This document shows positions 1-8,640 of a DNA stretch of 30,413 bases, one piece after another. The stretch spans positions 1 to 30,413 of the IMG/VR virus record IMGVR_UViG_3300033407_000088; one strand, given 5' to 3'. The DNA is from a virus (Duplodnaviria; Caudoviricetes). Made by a program: the position numbers and the translations under genes. Every line of letters begins with the position of its first letter. Positions within the stretch are counted from its first letter, which is position 1. Below the pieces are notes generated by a model. The model was not told the DNA's origin. It searched no databases and saw only the letters and a list, made by a program, of their open reading frames with translations.

Positions 1-165
1 GCATAAGGCAAAAGGGTTTTGAACCACGGGAGATAGTTTTGTTTAGATATCATTTCAAACACCATCATTCTATCAAACAAAAAAAGTGGTCCATTAATGG
101 CGTATGTACCACTAATGGACCACTTGATGTACCAGTTCGATATTTGTGTCGAACTCCAAAAAACA

Positions 166-216
166 GAAAATCGGCAAGCGATTAGATTTATTATATAATA
201 TCACTTGCCGATTTTC
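166..216 (-). terminator. Hairpin with U-tract just outside the left att (probable terminator downstream of the ssrA 3' end)
   Basis: GAAAATCGGCAAG...CTTGCCGATTTTC inverted repeat, followed on the minus strand by TGTTTTTTT. Confidence 0.55.
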
Positions 217-219
217 AAA

Positions 220-251
220 TGGTGGAGGCGGCGGGAGTCGAACCCGCGTCC
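220..251 (-). repeat. Left attachment core (duplicated tmRNA 3' end)
   Basis: TGGTGGAGGCGGCGGGAGTCGAACCCGCGTCC, identical to 30209..30240; the reverse complement is a T-arm plus acceptor strand ending CCA. Confidence 0.96.
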
Positions 252-646
252 ACCTTCTGTAACCCCTTTATTTACAAGGGCTTACAAAGTAGGTGATCAA
301 CATCCGATAAACACTTCCATTTTTCCAGGCTGCAAAAAACCCAAAAAAGAAGGATAGCAGTGACCTATATCAGAGAGATGACGATAGCCGAGGGCCTACG
401 TGTCGGCTACACGGAAATTGATTGCTGATTAAAGCGCAGTAATTAACTTAATTATAAGTAGGTGGAGCTGGCCGGAAGGATAGTATTGTCCTTTGTAATG
501 GAGCGTGTTACGAATAGTGTGATTCGTCACACGTAACACGTATCGTGATATTCGTAACACTAGTTAGGAAGTTGATTAACTATTTGTCATTATAATATAT
601 AACAGATAAAAATGGATCAAAACCGCCGAAAAAAAATTTAGGTCAC

Positions 647-956
647 CCCCCCCCTCTCAGAAAAAGGTGATAAGGTGAGGAAACGATTTTTAGGCCGTAA
701 TAACGATGGAATAACAAGGAGATATTAAGAAAGAAAAAAGGTGAGGATTTGGTGATTAGAGGTGAGAATCCTCACCTTTTTTATAACTTTTTTTAAAAAT
801 ATAACTATCTAATATCATTACACATCACTTTTTACATCACCTTGAATCACCTAATCCTCACCTTTTTGGAAATGCTATTTATGGCTGTACATTCGGTTAC
901 TTATCCCTGTTATTTTCCTTCTCCTCACCTTATCACCTTTTTCTGAGAGGGGGGGG
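647..956. repeat. Palindromic iteron array, candidate replication origin
   Basis: Perfect 35-bp outer inverted repeat (647-681/922-956), inner 23-bp IR with one mismatch (735-757/845-867), 5 GGTGA and 6 TCACC copies around an AT-rich core (~778-822). Confidence 0.65.
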
Positions 957-994
957 TACCTCAGTTTTTTTGCCTTTTCTCTTGTTGTTAGGTG

Positions 995-1249
995 TTAGGT
1001 GCAGATCGATGAAAACAGGCGTTGCTGTTCGATGCGCGGCAACATGCGTATTTTGGCAATGAGCTGGTCCGGCAGATCCAGGGCGGAGGGGCTGAGGGTG
1101 TGGGAGAAAGCAAGCTCCATGACGAACGTGTGCCCGCACAGCGGATTTGAACAAGTACAGTAAAGTTTTTTAACTGAATCAGATTCCTGAACACTCGACT
1201 GAATAACGGCCACTTTCTCACAACGATTACATCTGATTCGCATAATCAA
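995..1249 (-). CDS. ogr: Ogr/Delta-like zinc-finger late transcription activator
   Basis: CNRC...LYCTCSNPLCGHTF...FSHTLSPS pattern; position next to the portal gene. Confidence 0.88.
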   Translation of the reverse strand: MIMRIRCNRCEKVAVIQSSVQESDSVKKLYCTCSNPLCGHTFVMELAFSHTLSPSALDLPDQLIAKIRMLPRIEQQRLFSSICT

Positions 1250-1293
1250 AAACCCTTGGAACTCATATTAACTGATAATAGATTATACAATTT

Positions 1294-2292
1294 TTACTCA
1301 GTTTTTTCAAAGCTTATCGCATTGTTATTGCTTAATAAATCGTTAATTTGCAGCAAGTATTTTCTGAGCGGTGCTATCTCGTTTTTCTCGTAAATGACAG
1401 CCGATTTTGTCACGTCCCCGAAGCCTCCCCTTGCCTCTGCCGGGACGATACTTGCAAGTGCCGGTGGTATCCGGTGGGCGGCTATGATGTCGTCTCGCGA
1501 GATGTTTTTGATTTTCTCCAGATCATCCCTTGTTGAAAAATCTCCGACCGGAATAATCTGCACGTCTTTTTCCCGCCCATTTGGGATATGCAAAAACATA
1601 TTCCTGAAATTGCCGAGCTTCTTGGTGGACTTGACGGCATCGCGTATAGAGTTTTTTTCCGGCTCTCCAAGAGAGGCGGCTGCAGAATAAAAGATGTAGC
1701 CGACATGCGCGCCGTTGAGGTAGTAGCGCCTGCGGAAAAGGGTTGCATCCTCATTGAGCAGCATTGATTGGATCGCTCCCAGGTATGACGGTATGCCGTA
1801 GATAGTTTGAGCTACGTCATAGTTTTTCATATGCAGCACTTCGCCGGGCTTGAACTCGGTCTTTGAGCCGTCATATTCAATCATGCAGTATTGGTCCTTC
1901 GTCTTCATTCTCCGCATATTGATTGCCGGAAGATGCCGGAGGTATACGACTTCCCCGATAAGGTTCTTCACCTTTTGAAAATAGGCGTTGCAGAAGGTGA
2001 CAAAATCCGTGGTAAACGGCAAGATTTCGGAAAACGGCACAGCCGGAGAGAGGATGATGTCCTTTAGAATCATATTCGTTTTGAATTCAAGCAGCGGTCC
2101 GTGGTAGGCATTGGCACCACGCAGCCGGGCCAGACCCGAGAGCGAGACAGGCGGGGAATAATACGAGCCGTTATCCAACAGGAAAACCCCAAGATAATCG
2201 GTAATGCTGCCATTGATGACCGGCTCGGGATCCCCGAAGGAAAAGGCCATCGATTCCTCTTGTTTCGCTGCTATCTGCTTTTTTTTAGCCAT
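1294..2292 (-). CDS. Portal protein (P2 gpQ/PBSX family)
   Basis: YSPPVS, Q.IYGIPSY, LLNEDATLFRRRYY.NGAH.G and AHRIPP motifs; start trimmed to MAKKKQ at 2292 to avoid overlap with the terminase. Confidence 0.93.
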   Translation of the reverse strand: MAKKKQIAAKQEESMAFSFGDPEPVINGSITDYLGVFLLDNGSYYSPPVSLSGLARLRGANAYHGPLLEFKTNMILKDIILSPAVPFSEILPFTTDFVTFCNAYFQKVKNLIGEVVYLRHLPAINMRRMKTKDQYCMIEYDGSKTEFKPGEVLHMKNYDVAQTIYGIPSYLGAIQSMLLNEDATLFRRRYYLNGAHVGYIFYSAAASLGEPEKNSIRDAVKSTKKLGNFRNMFLHIPNGREKDVQIIPVGDFSTRDDLEKIKNISRDDIIAAHRIPPALASIVPAEARGGFGDVTKSAVIYEKNEIAPLRKYLLQINDLLSNNNAISFEKTE

Positions 2293-2318
2293 TGGAATTT
2301 GTCCGTTAATATAAAATT

Positions 2319-4073
2319 TTACATACACTCGACAGTAGCCATTGATACCTGATCGTGACTGATCGGCTCGTTGGCCAGCGCATGCATGATTGACCAGGCC
2401 ACGTCCGCATGGCCGGTTGTATTTGTCCTGTTTGCCGCGTAGGTGATCTGGCCGCCTGGCGTCATGATTTTGCGGATAGTCAAAAATGCATGGGCGATGG
2501 TGGTTTCCTGTGCATCCCATTCAATCCGTTTGGCTTCAATTACTTCCTGAGCTTTTAAAACCATGTGGCTTTTGGTGCTGACTGAATAATGGATAGGTGT
2601 TGCCTGCGGATAGAAATTTTTAACTGTGTCATAAACTCCTATTCCTGGGCCGGTAATATCGATTCCCATGTAGGAAAAATTAAATTGTTCGCAGAGCTTT
2701 TTAATTTCCGCAGCTTGCCATGTATAACTTTTATCGACCCACTTGAGCCGTTTAATAACCCTGAATTTTTCGCCTTTGATAAGTGGCGGTAAAACGACAA
2801 CAAAAGAGGCGTCATCACGTACTCGGCTGGGATCGTATCCACCCCAGACAGGACGGTTACCGACAGGGCGGGTTGCATTATTATCAACGTCATGCCAGAG
2901 ACTGGAATCAACGGCGCAGTCCTCCAGATCCACAAAACGGAATACGCCGAAAGTGTCATCGACAAACAGGCAACCAAATAAATTTTTGAATTCATCAGGG
3001 CTGTATTCCAGAATTAAACTATCCCGGTCAAAAAGATTACAGCCGCCCGCCTCGGCATCGTCCAGGGTAATTATTTTTCTGAAGGTATTGTCAGGGCAAA
3101 GAATACCGGATTGCATTTCTTTAAAGCCGGGAAACTCAACCCGTTTCTTTTTAAATCGCTGGTTGTATCTTTCCCCTGTCCATAAATCATATGCGTCATG
3201 AGTGACCGCCGATGGAGTTGAAAAAAGAGTCTTTCTCCACTTTTTATGAGTCGCCATGCCTGACGCGACTTTATAGAGTTCGTTGAATTTTTGTATCCAG
3301 AAAAATTCGTCGATATAAACGTCACCTGTATAGCTCTGTGCGGATTTCGAATTGTTTGATAAAAAATGGAGTTCTGCCGGACCACTGGCAGTATGCAGAA
3401 CCATCGGATTTCCAGACAGATCAATATCAAAGTGCTGCCTGGCGATTGAAATAATATACCGGCGAAATACTTCGGCTTGCGCCCTGGTTGCCGAAAGGAA
3501 AATTTTATTCCGGCCGTGCAGGGCGGCGTCTTCAAAAGCCTCTTGTGCAAAATACCAGGTGGCTCCTATCTGCCTGGATTTTAATAACATTCGGGTTCGG
3601 TTAAACCGCGCTTCCCGTAGTTCTAACTGGTACTTGAAATATTGTTTGTGAAGCTTTGTTTTAAAGTCGGAGGCGGAAAGTTTAGAGACATCGTTTTTGC
3701 GTTTCTTCCGATTTGCTTTTCCCTTGTTGCCGCTTCTTCTTTCTTCATTGGCTGGCGTTGTATTTCCCTTATCGAGGATTCCCCCGGTATTAGGATTAAC
3801 CGATTGAATTTTTATAATTGAATCGGTGAGAATTTTTATTTCTGCCAGATCAAGCCTTGTTTTGTCTTCTTTTCCGGCAATTAATGACAGCCTTCTAGTT
3901 ATTGATTCGACAGCCGTTTCATGGATAAGGAGATCATCCCAGCTCTCTTTTATCCGCCAGTCGTAAATAGTGCGCAAAGGTGTATTGAGCAGTTCGGCAA
4001 TTTCTTTTGCCTTGTGCCTTCTTAAATACAGTTGCTTTGCTGCCTGTTTTATTTCTTGGGGATAATTAATCAA
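2319..4073 (-). CDS. Terminase ATPase/large subunit (P2 gpP-like)
   Basis: N-terminal HTH, LKSRQIGAT, VYIDEFFW, FSTPS, GYDPS and HADVAW motifs. Confidence 0.95.
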   Translation of the reverse strand: MINYPQEIKQAAKQLYLRRHKAKEIAELLNTPLRTIYDWRIKESWDDLLIHETAVESITRRLSLIAGKEDKTRLDLAEIKILTDSIIKIQSVNPNTGGILDKGNTTPANEERRSGNKGKANRKKRKNDVSKLSASDFKTKLHKQYFKYQLELREARFNRTRMLLKSRQIGATWYFAQEAFEDAALHGRNKIFLSATRAQAEVFRRYIISIARQHFDIDLSGNPMVLHTASGPAELHFLSNNSKSAQSYTGDVYIDEFFWIQKFNELYKVASGMATHKKWRKTLFSTPSAVTHDAYDLWTGERYNQRFKKKRVEFPGFKEMQSGILCPDNTFRKIITLDDAEAGGCNLFDRDSLILEYSPDEFKNLFGCLFVDDTFGVFRFVDLEDCAVDSSLWHDVDNNATRPVGNRPVWGGYDPSRVRDDASFVVVLPPLIKGEKFRVIKRLKWVDKSYTWQAAEIKKLCEQFNFSYMGIDITGPGIGVYDTVKNFYPQATPIHYSVSTKSHMVLKAQEVIEAKRIEWDAQETTIAHAFLTIRKIMTPGGQITYAANRTNTTGHADVAWSIMHALANEPISHDQVSMATVECM

Positions 4074-4141
4074 TATATTCCTCGCCTGACTTAGACTCCT
4101 TTCAATCCTAGAATATCAGCTTTTTTCAGGTGTTCTTTTTA

Positions 4142-4175
4142 TTTCATTTCGATAACGCGAAAATCGAAATGGAAT
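4142..4175. promoter_or_regulatory. Inverted repeat in the divergent late promoter region
   Basis: CATTTCGAT-N9-ATCGAAATG between the divergent terminase and scaffold genes. Confidence 0.4.
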
Positions 4176-4263
4176 TCGTGTACAACGATGATTCCGCCCT
4201 TTACAATTTAATTTTAAAGAGAGCACAGATTTTAAAACTATCATTTCACAGGAGCTTTTTAAA

Positions 4264-5106
4264 ATGCCTTCTTCTCTTGTTTCAGACTGGAAACGAATTG
4301 CCCAATCGGGGCCGACAATGGACGGCCGTGTTATTAAGCCGGAATGGCTGATTGATATGGCGGAGACTTATGACCCGAATGTGTACACAGCAATGATCTG
4401 GCTGGATCATATGCGCTATGCCTCATATGGATCTGTTAAAGCGCTGAAGGTTGAAAAAGATGGGGATGTGGTCCGGCTGTATGCCAAGATATCGCCGTCC
4501 CGTTCTCTGCTGCAGATGAATCAGGTGTGGGAGCAATATCTTTATTTCTCCATCGAACCGATAGAAAACTTTGCCAAGTCAGGAAAATGTTATTTAGGCG
4601 GGCTTGGAATGACCGATCAACCGGCAAGCCTCGGGACCGATGAAATGAGATTTTCGAAGATGCCGGGTAGGGAATACACCGCGCGGTATGCCGGCGAAAA
4701 GGTTCCCGACCTGCGGGAGGCCGACGACGAACAGGACATAGAACGATTCGGGCAGAAGCTTGCTCGATTCTTTTCAAAAAACAACAAGCCAAAAGAGGAC
4801 ACCGATCTCATGGATAAACAGCAATTTGAGGCACTGACTAATTCACTTACCAACCTTCAGACCGTTTTTACCGGCTTCGCCGAAAAACTTGAAAAATTCA
4901 CCCCTGCAAAACCGGTTGAAGGTGAAGACAAACCCCCTGCAGCCCAACCCGACGAAGCTGACAAAACGCAGTTTGTCGCGTTACAGACCAGCCTGACTGC
5001 TCTTGACGAAAAATTTAACTCTCTCGTTGAGCGCATTGAAAAGATTGCTCCCGGTACCGAGTTTAAGGAAACCACTGCAGCCGCAGGCGAAGCCGAACTT
5101 CTCTAA
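4264..5106 (+). CDS. Capsid scaffolding protein (gpO)
   Basis: SGPTMDGRVI, YDP..Y.A and YLGGLGMTDQPASLGT motifs; divergent from the terminase. Confidence 0.93.
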   Translation: MPSSLVSDWKRIAQSGPTMDGRVIKPEWLIDMAETYDPNVYTAMIWLDHMRYASYGSVKALKVEKDGDVVRLYAKISPSRSLLQMNQVWEQYLYFSIEPIENFAKSGKCYLGGLGMTDQPASLGTDEMRFSKMPGREYTARYAGEKVPDLREADDEQDIERFGQKLARFFSKNNKPKEDTDLMDKQQFEALTNSLTNLQTVFTGFAEKLEKFTPAKPVEGEDKPPAAQPDEADKTQFVALQTSLTALDEKFNSLVERIEKIAPGTEFKETTAAAGEAELL

Positions 5107-5138
5107 TAAAATTACAGGGCATAGGAGAACATCTACCC

Positions 5139-6167
5139 ATGAAAGAAAGCACACGGAAACTGTACAACAACATGGCACTCCGCCTGGCTAAGGCCTACGG
5201 CGTCGAGAGTGTTATCATCCCGTTTTCGGCAACTCTTGAAGTTGAGCAACGGTTACAGGATAAAATTGTCGAGCAGGATAATTTTCTGCAAAAAATCAAC
5301 GTCATCACTGTCGCCGAGATTGAGGGGCAAAATATTCTTGGCAGCGCCTCCGGTCCGTCATCCGGCAGAACGGATACATCCGTTGAAGGTCAGGAACGCT
5401 CCCCGAGAGACCTGCTGGGACTCGATACGTTTGCCTACAAACTGTATCAGACCAACTCAGACGTTTACATGAAATATTCCACCATGGACGCCTGGGCAAA
5501 GTTTAAGGACCTGGCAGAGCGTTACGCCCGGTATCTGCAGCAACGCATTGCAAACGATCGATGTCTGATCGGCTGGTATGGCGAATCCGCTGCAGCCGAC
5601 ACCGACCTTGTGGCCAATCCTTTAATGCAGGATGTCAATGAGGGCTGGATCAAATATATGAAGGTTAAAAAGGCCGCCAACATCCTCCTTACCGGCACGA
5701 AAATGGCCGGTGAAATCCGCATCGGTGCAGAGGGCGATTTTCTCAACCTTGATCATGCTGTCTCCGATCTTGTTGACGGTATCCCTCAATATCTCAGGCA
5801 GGATCTGGTAGCGCTCATCGGGAGCGAGTTGCTGGGCATGGAGAAAAGTGCTTTGTATCAAGCCATTGCCTTGAAGCCGACCGAGAAAAATCTTGCAACC
5901 GCTTCGCTTACGTCCTTCGGCGGTCTCCCCACCGCTACACCGAATAATTTTCCAGCTCGCGGCATCGTCATCACCAGCTATGACAACCTGTCGATTTATG
6001 TCCAGGAAGGATCGTGGAAACGGCACCTGAAAGACAAACCGGAGAAAGACCGGGTTGAGGACTACAACAGCCGGAATGAGGGCTATGTCGTAGAGACTCC
6101 TGATAAGTTCGTCGGCGTAGATTTTACCAAGGTCACCCTGCCTGACGGCGCGGGCGGCTGGGCGTAA
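5139..6167 (+). CDS. Major capsid protein (P2 family gpN)
   Basis: FLQKIN, GRTDT, NPLMQDVNEGW and DNLSIY.Q motifs. Confidence 0.95.
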   Translation: MKESTRKLYNNMALRLAKAYGVESVIIPFSATLEVEQRLQDKIVEQDNFLQKINVITVAEIEGQNILGSASGPSSGRTDTSVEGQERSPRDLLGLDTFAYKLYQTNSDVYMKYSTMDAWAKFKDLAERYARYLQQRIANDRCLIGWYGESAAADTDLVANPLMQDVNEGWIKYMKVKKAANILLTGTKMAGEIRIGAEGDFLNLDHAVSDLVDGIPQYLRQDLVALIGSELLGMEKSALYQAIALKPTEKNLATASLTSFGGLPTATPNNFPARGIVITSYDNLSIYVQEGSWKRHLKDKPEKDRVEDYNSRNEGYVVETPDKFVGVDFTKVTLPDGAGGWA

Positions 6168-6174
6168 TTTGCTG

Positions 6175-6207
6175 ATCCTGGAGGGGCAACTCTCCAGGAT
6201 GTTTTTT
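6175..6207 (+). terminator. Rho-independent terminator after the capsid gene
   Basis: ATCCTGGAGGG-GCAA-CTCTCCAGGAT stem-loop followed by GTTTTTT. Confidence 0.8.
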
Positions 6208-6230
6208 GAAACCGAGACAGGGACATCGAC

Positions 6231-6911
6231 ATGGGTATTATGACCAGCTTCCAGAAACAGAAGAAAGCAGATCCGGGCTATGGCGAGACAGGCAGCGGGT
6301 ACAAAATTGTTGCCACCATGCCGGGCTCAAGCATCGGCAAACAGCAGGCCGTCACGGCGTTTGAAAAAGAACTGGCGGCGGACCTGGAAAAGCTCTCGTT
6401 TATCAGGAGTATCAAGCAGAAAGAAACGGAAAAAGCAGAGCACCTGGTTCCTAAATATCTGCCTGTTGTTCAGACTTTGATTGCTGCCGGTTCGGCTCAT
6501 CCGCTGCTTGGGCAGATCCTTGTCTGGATGTTTGATACCAAAGACATTCACCAGGCTATGGCCCTAGCTTTTTACTGCATCGCAAACAAGGTTCCGATGC
6601 CGGAACGGTTTAAACGCGACCTTCCTACATATCTGTGCGATGTGGTGCTTGATTGGGCTGATGGTGAGTTTGAAGCAGGCAGAAGCACTGAACCATATTT
6701 CGAGCAGATGTGTGAAGCGGCAAAAGGCTTTGATCTGCCCGACCAGGTCACCGCGAAAATGTACCGGCTGAAAGGCTTGATCGCCGAAAAAAAAGAGGAC
6801 TACGCGCAGGCCGTGCTTGACCTGACGGACGCTGAGAAATACGGAGCCAAGGTTAAAACAGTCCTGGCCCGTGTCGCCAAAAAAATGGAGACCGAATCAT
6901 TCGGTCAATGA
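6231..6911 (+). CDS. Terminase small/endonuclease subunit (gpM)
   Basis: LVPKY, VWMFD, MPERFKR and AKMY motifs; position after the capsid gene. Confidence 0.88.
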   Translation: MGIMTSFQKQKKADPGYGETGSGYKIVATMPGSSIGKQQAVTAFEKELAADLEKLSFIRSIKQKETEKAEHLVPKYLPVVQTLIAAGSAHPLLGQILVWMFDTKDIHQAMALAFYCIANKVPMPERFKRDLPTYLCDVVLDWADGEFEAGRSTEPYFEQMCEAAKGFDLPDQVTAKMYRLKGLIAEKKEDYAQAVLDLTDAEKYGAKVKTVLARVAKKMETESFGQ

Positions 6912-6920
6912 GCTCCCACC

Positions 6921-6980
6921 CCGGTCGAACCGGCGTGGAGGGGTGTCATTCACTTGATACCCCTTCCACGCCGGGACCGG
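6921..6980 (+). other. Long GC-rich hairpin between gpM and gpL
   Basis: CCGGCGTGGAGGGGTGTCA / TGATACCCCTTCCACGCCGG stem with an outer CCGGTC/GACCGG pair. Confidence 0.65.
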
Positions 6981-7013
6981 CTTTTGTGTAAGGTTGTGTA
7001 AGGTTAAAAGACT

Positions 7014-7487
7014 ATGAGCTTCACAGGTTTTTCAGATGATCTTGACCCGGAAATAGTCGTTGTAAACGCCGACTTCTGGCCGGACATGAACCTTGTCCAG
7101 TTCCAATCTGGATACAGGTTGCCGGGAGAATACCGTCAGGAGGTCTTACAGACGCGTTTACAACTGGCGATGCTCTGGGCGAATGGACAGCTCAACAACT
7201 GGATGACCGAACAACAGGCGCTCGGTTTTACTGACCTCGATTCTGTTACCGGTTACTCGAGTAAAAATCTTGGAACGGAAAATTTCCTGAAAATCTTGTA
7301 CGTCCGCGCGGTTTCCTGCCATGCGAAAGCGCTCTTGCTCGCGGATTATCAAACCATGATGCGTAAATCCGATGCTCAAAATGACGCCAAGGAGTCGGAA
7401 GATACGGCGGACAGGTGGCATGCAATGGCGACCGATGCAATCAACAGCATCCTGGGCAACCTGAAAATCCACGCGGAGGCGCTGTAA
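7014..7487 (+). CDS. Head completion/stabilization protein (gpL)
   Basis: N.DFWPD and Y.RAV...AKA motifs; synteny. Confidence 0.88.
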   Translation: MSFTGFSDDLDPEIVVVNADFWPDMNLVQFQSGYRLPGEYRQEVLQTRLQLAMLWANGQLNNWMTEQQALGFTDLDSVTGYSSKNLGTENFLKILYVRAVSCHAKALLLADYQTMMRKSDAQNDAKESEDTADRWHAMATDAINSILGNLKIHAEAL

Positions 7488-7936
7488 TGGAAAAGCTGTC
7501 CCTGCTTGCCAAGCACATTGAATCCCTGCCCGGGATTACTCGCGACCAGATGGAAGCTTTTGCCGACCTGGGGAAGCTCATTCCCACCGGCCGGGATCTC
7601 GGGCACGGTCTTGAAATCGGCCGCTTTAAGTATGACGCGGTGATATCGATTGAACGGTGTCCGGCTGTGATTGCTTCTTTGCTGCTTTCTTCCTTGTTGG
7701 TCTGGCTTGATAAAAATGACCCTGACCGGGATCGATATCAACTGGCTGAACCTGACGTCGATGTCACTCTTGAGGATGAGCAAACGGTTTCCGTCCAGAT
7801 CACCGTTGAGTTTGATGAGGGTCTGGAAATAGTTGAGGATCCGGACGGCCCGCTGCTTTATGACGGTAAGCGGTGGAAGGTTGCGAGTGTCGTGGTCGAT
7901 GTCGCTGAAAATCTTGATAGCTTGGAGAAAGCTTAA
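7487..7936 (+). CDS. Tail completion protein (gpR-like)
   Basis: TAATG coupling to gpL gives start MEKL at 7487; Y.AVISIER motif; synteny. Confidence 0.75.
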   Translation: MEKLSLLAKHIESLPGITRDQMEAFADLGKLIPTGRDLGHGLEIGRFKYDAVISIERCPAVIASLLLSSLLVWLDKNDPDRDRYQLAEPDVDVTLEDEQTVSVQITVEFDEGLEIVEDPDGPLLYDGKRWKVASVVVDVAENLDSLEKA

Positions 7937-8628
7937 TGGCTCTCAGCCTCACTCTTGATACAGATCCCCGCTCTCGCCTCCGGCTGAATCATCAGCTCGA
8001 AGTTTTGTGCATGGGATCGACCAGGCGCAGGGTGTTCTTGCGCCGGATCGGGAAAGAGATTCGTTCGGATTTACGGAAAAACGTCAGTGGACAGAAGATA
8101 GTTACCGGCTCGAAGATGGAGCCACGGGCAACAAAGAAGAAAAAACGGATGTTCCGCGCGATGTCGAAAGGGATGGTCACGAAAATAAAAAACGATCACA
8201 GCGCCGACATAACCTGGAAAAACCTGGGACAGGCGAAGATAGCCTATAAGCATCACCACGGGGTCCCTGAAAACTTCACCGCGACAAAGGCAAAAAAACA
8301 ATACGGCGTTCCGGACTATAAGAAACAGGCAACACCGGCCCAAGCCAGGGCCTTGAACAAAGAAGGGTTCCGCCTGCGGGTGGCACGGAAGAGAGGCAAA
8401 GGCAAAGCCGTATTGAAGAGGGTTCCGCAGAAGTGGATCCAGGACAATATGACCGTCGGCAAGGCGGGCTTAATCCTCCGCATGATGCGGACCAATAGCC
8501 CGCGCGGAAAACAAAGCTGGAAAATAAATGTACCTGCCCGCCCGATACTCGGGGTCTTACCGGCAGACGCGGACAAATACCTCACTGCAATGGCCACGAG
8601 CATTTTGCAGGATACTAAAAGAGCATAA
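7936..8628 (+). CDS. Virion morphogenesis protein (gpS-like)
   Basis: Basic protein with IAY.HH.G and PARPILG motifs. Confidence 0.8.
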   Translation: MALSLTLDTDPRSRLRLNHQLEVLCMGSTRRRVFLRRIGKEIRSDLRKNVSGQKIVTGSKMEPRATKKKKRMFRAMSKGMVTKIKNDHSADITWKNLGQAKIAYKHHHGVPENFTATKAKKQYGVPDYKKQATPAQARALNKEGFRLRVARKRGKGKAVLKRVPQKWIQDNMTVGKAGLILRMMRTNSPRGKQSWKINVPARPILGVLPADADKYLTAMATSILQDTKRA

Positions 8629-8640
8629 GGAGAACCGACA

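Noticed and set aside
220-251. tRNA gene at the left end
   Set aside because: Only the T-arm and acceptor 3' strand are present; it is the duplicated att core of the tmRNA.
647-956. MITE or CRISPR array
   Set aside because: No target-site duplication is visible, the internal pentamer symmetry fits iterons, and there is no repeat-spacer periodicity or cas gene.
2293-2520. N-terminal extension of the portal ORF in the track
   Set aside because: It overlaps the terminase 3' end; portal-like sequence begins at MAKKKQ (2292). Extensions at 7415, 15571, 17898, 23540, 26994 and 28920 were trimmed for similar reasons.
2639-3550. Alternative-frame and antisense ORFs within the terminase (and similar ones across the structural genes)
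   Set aside because: No recognisable motifs or RBS; consistent with shadow ORFs, unlike the nested MTase frame, which supplies missing motifs.
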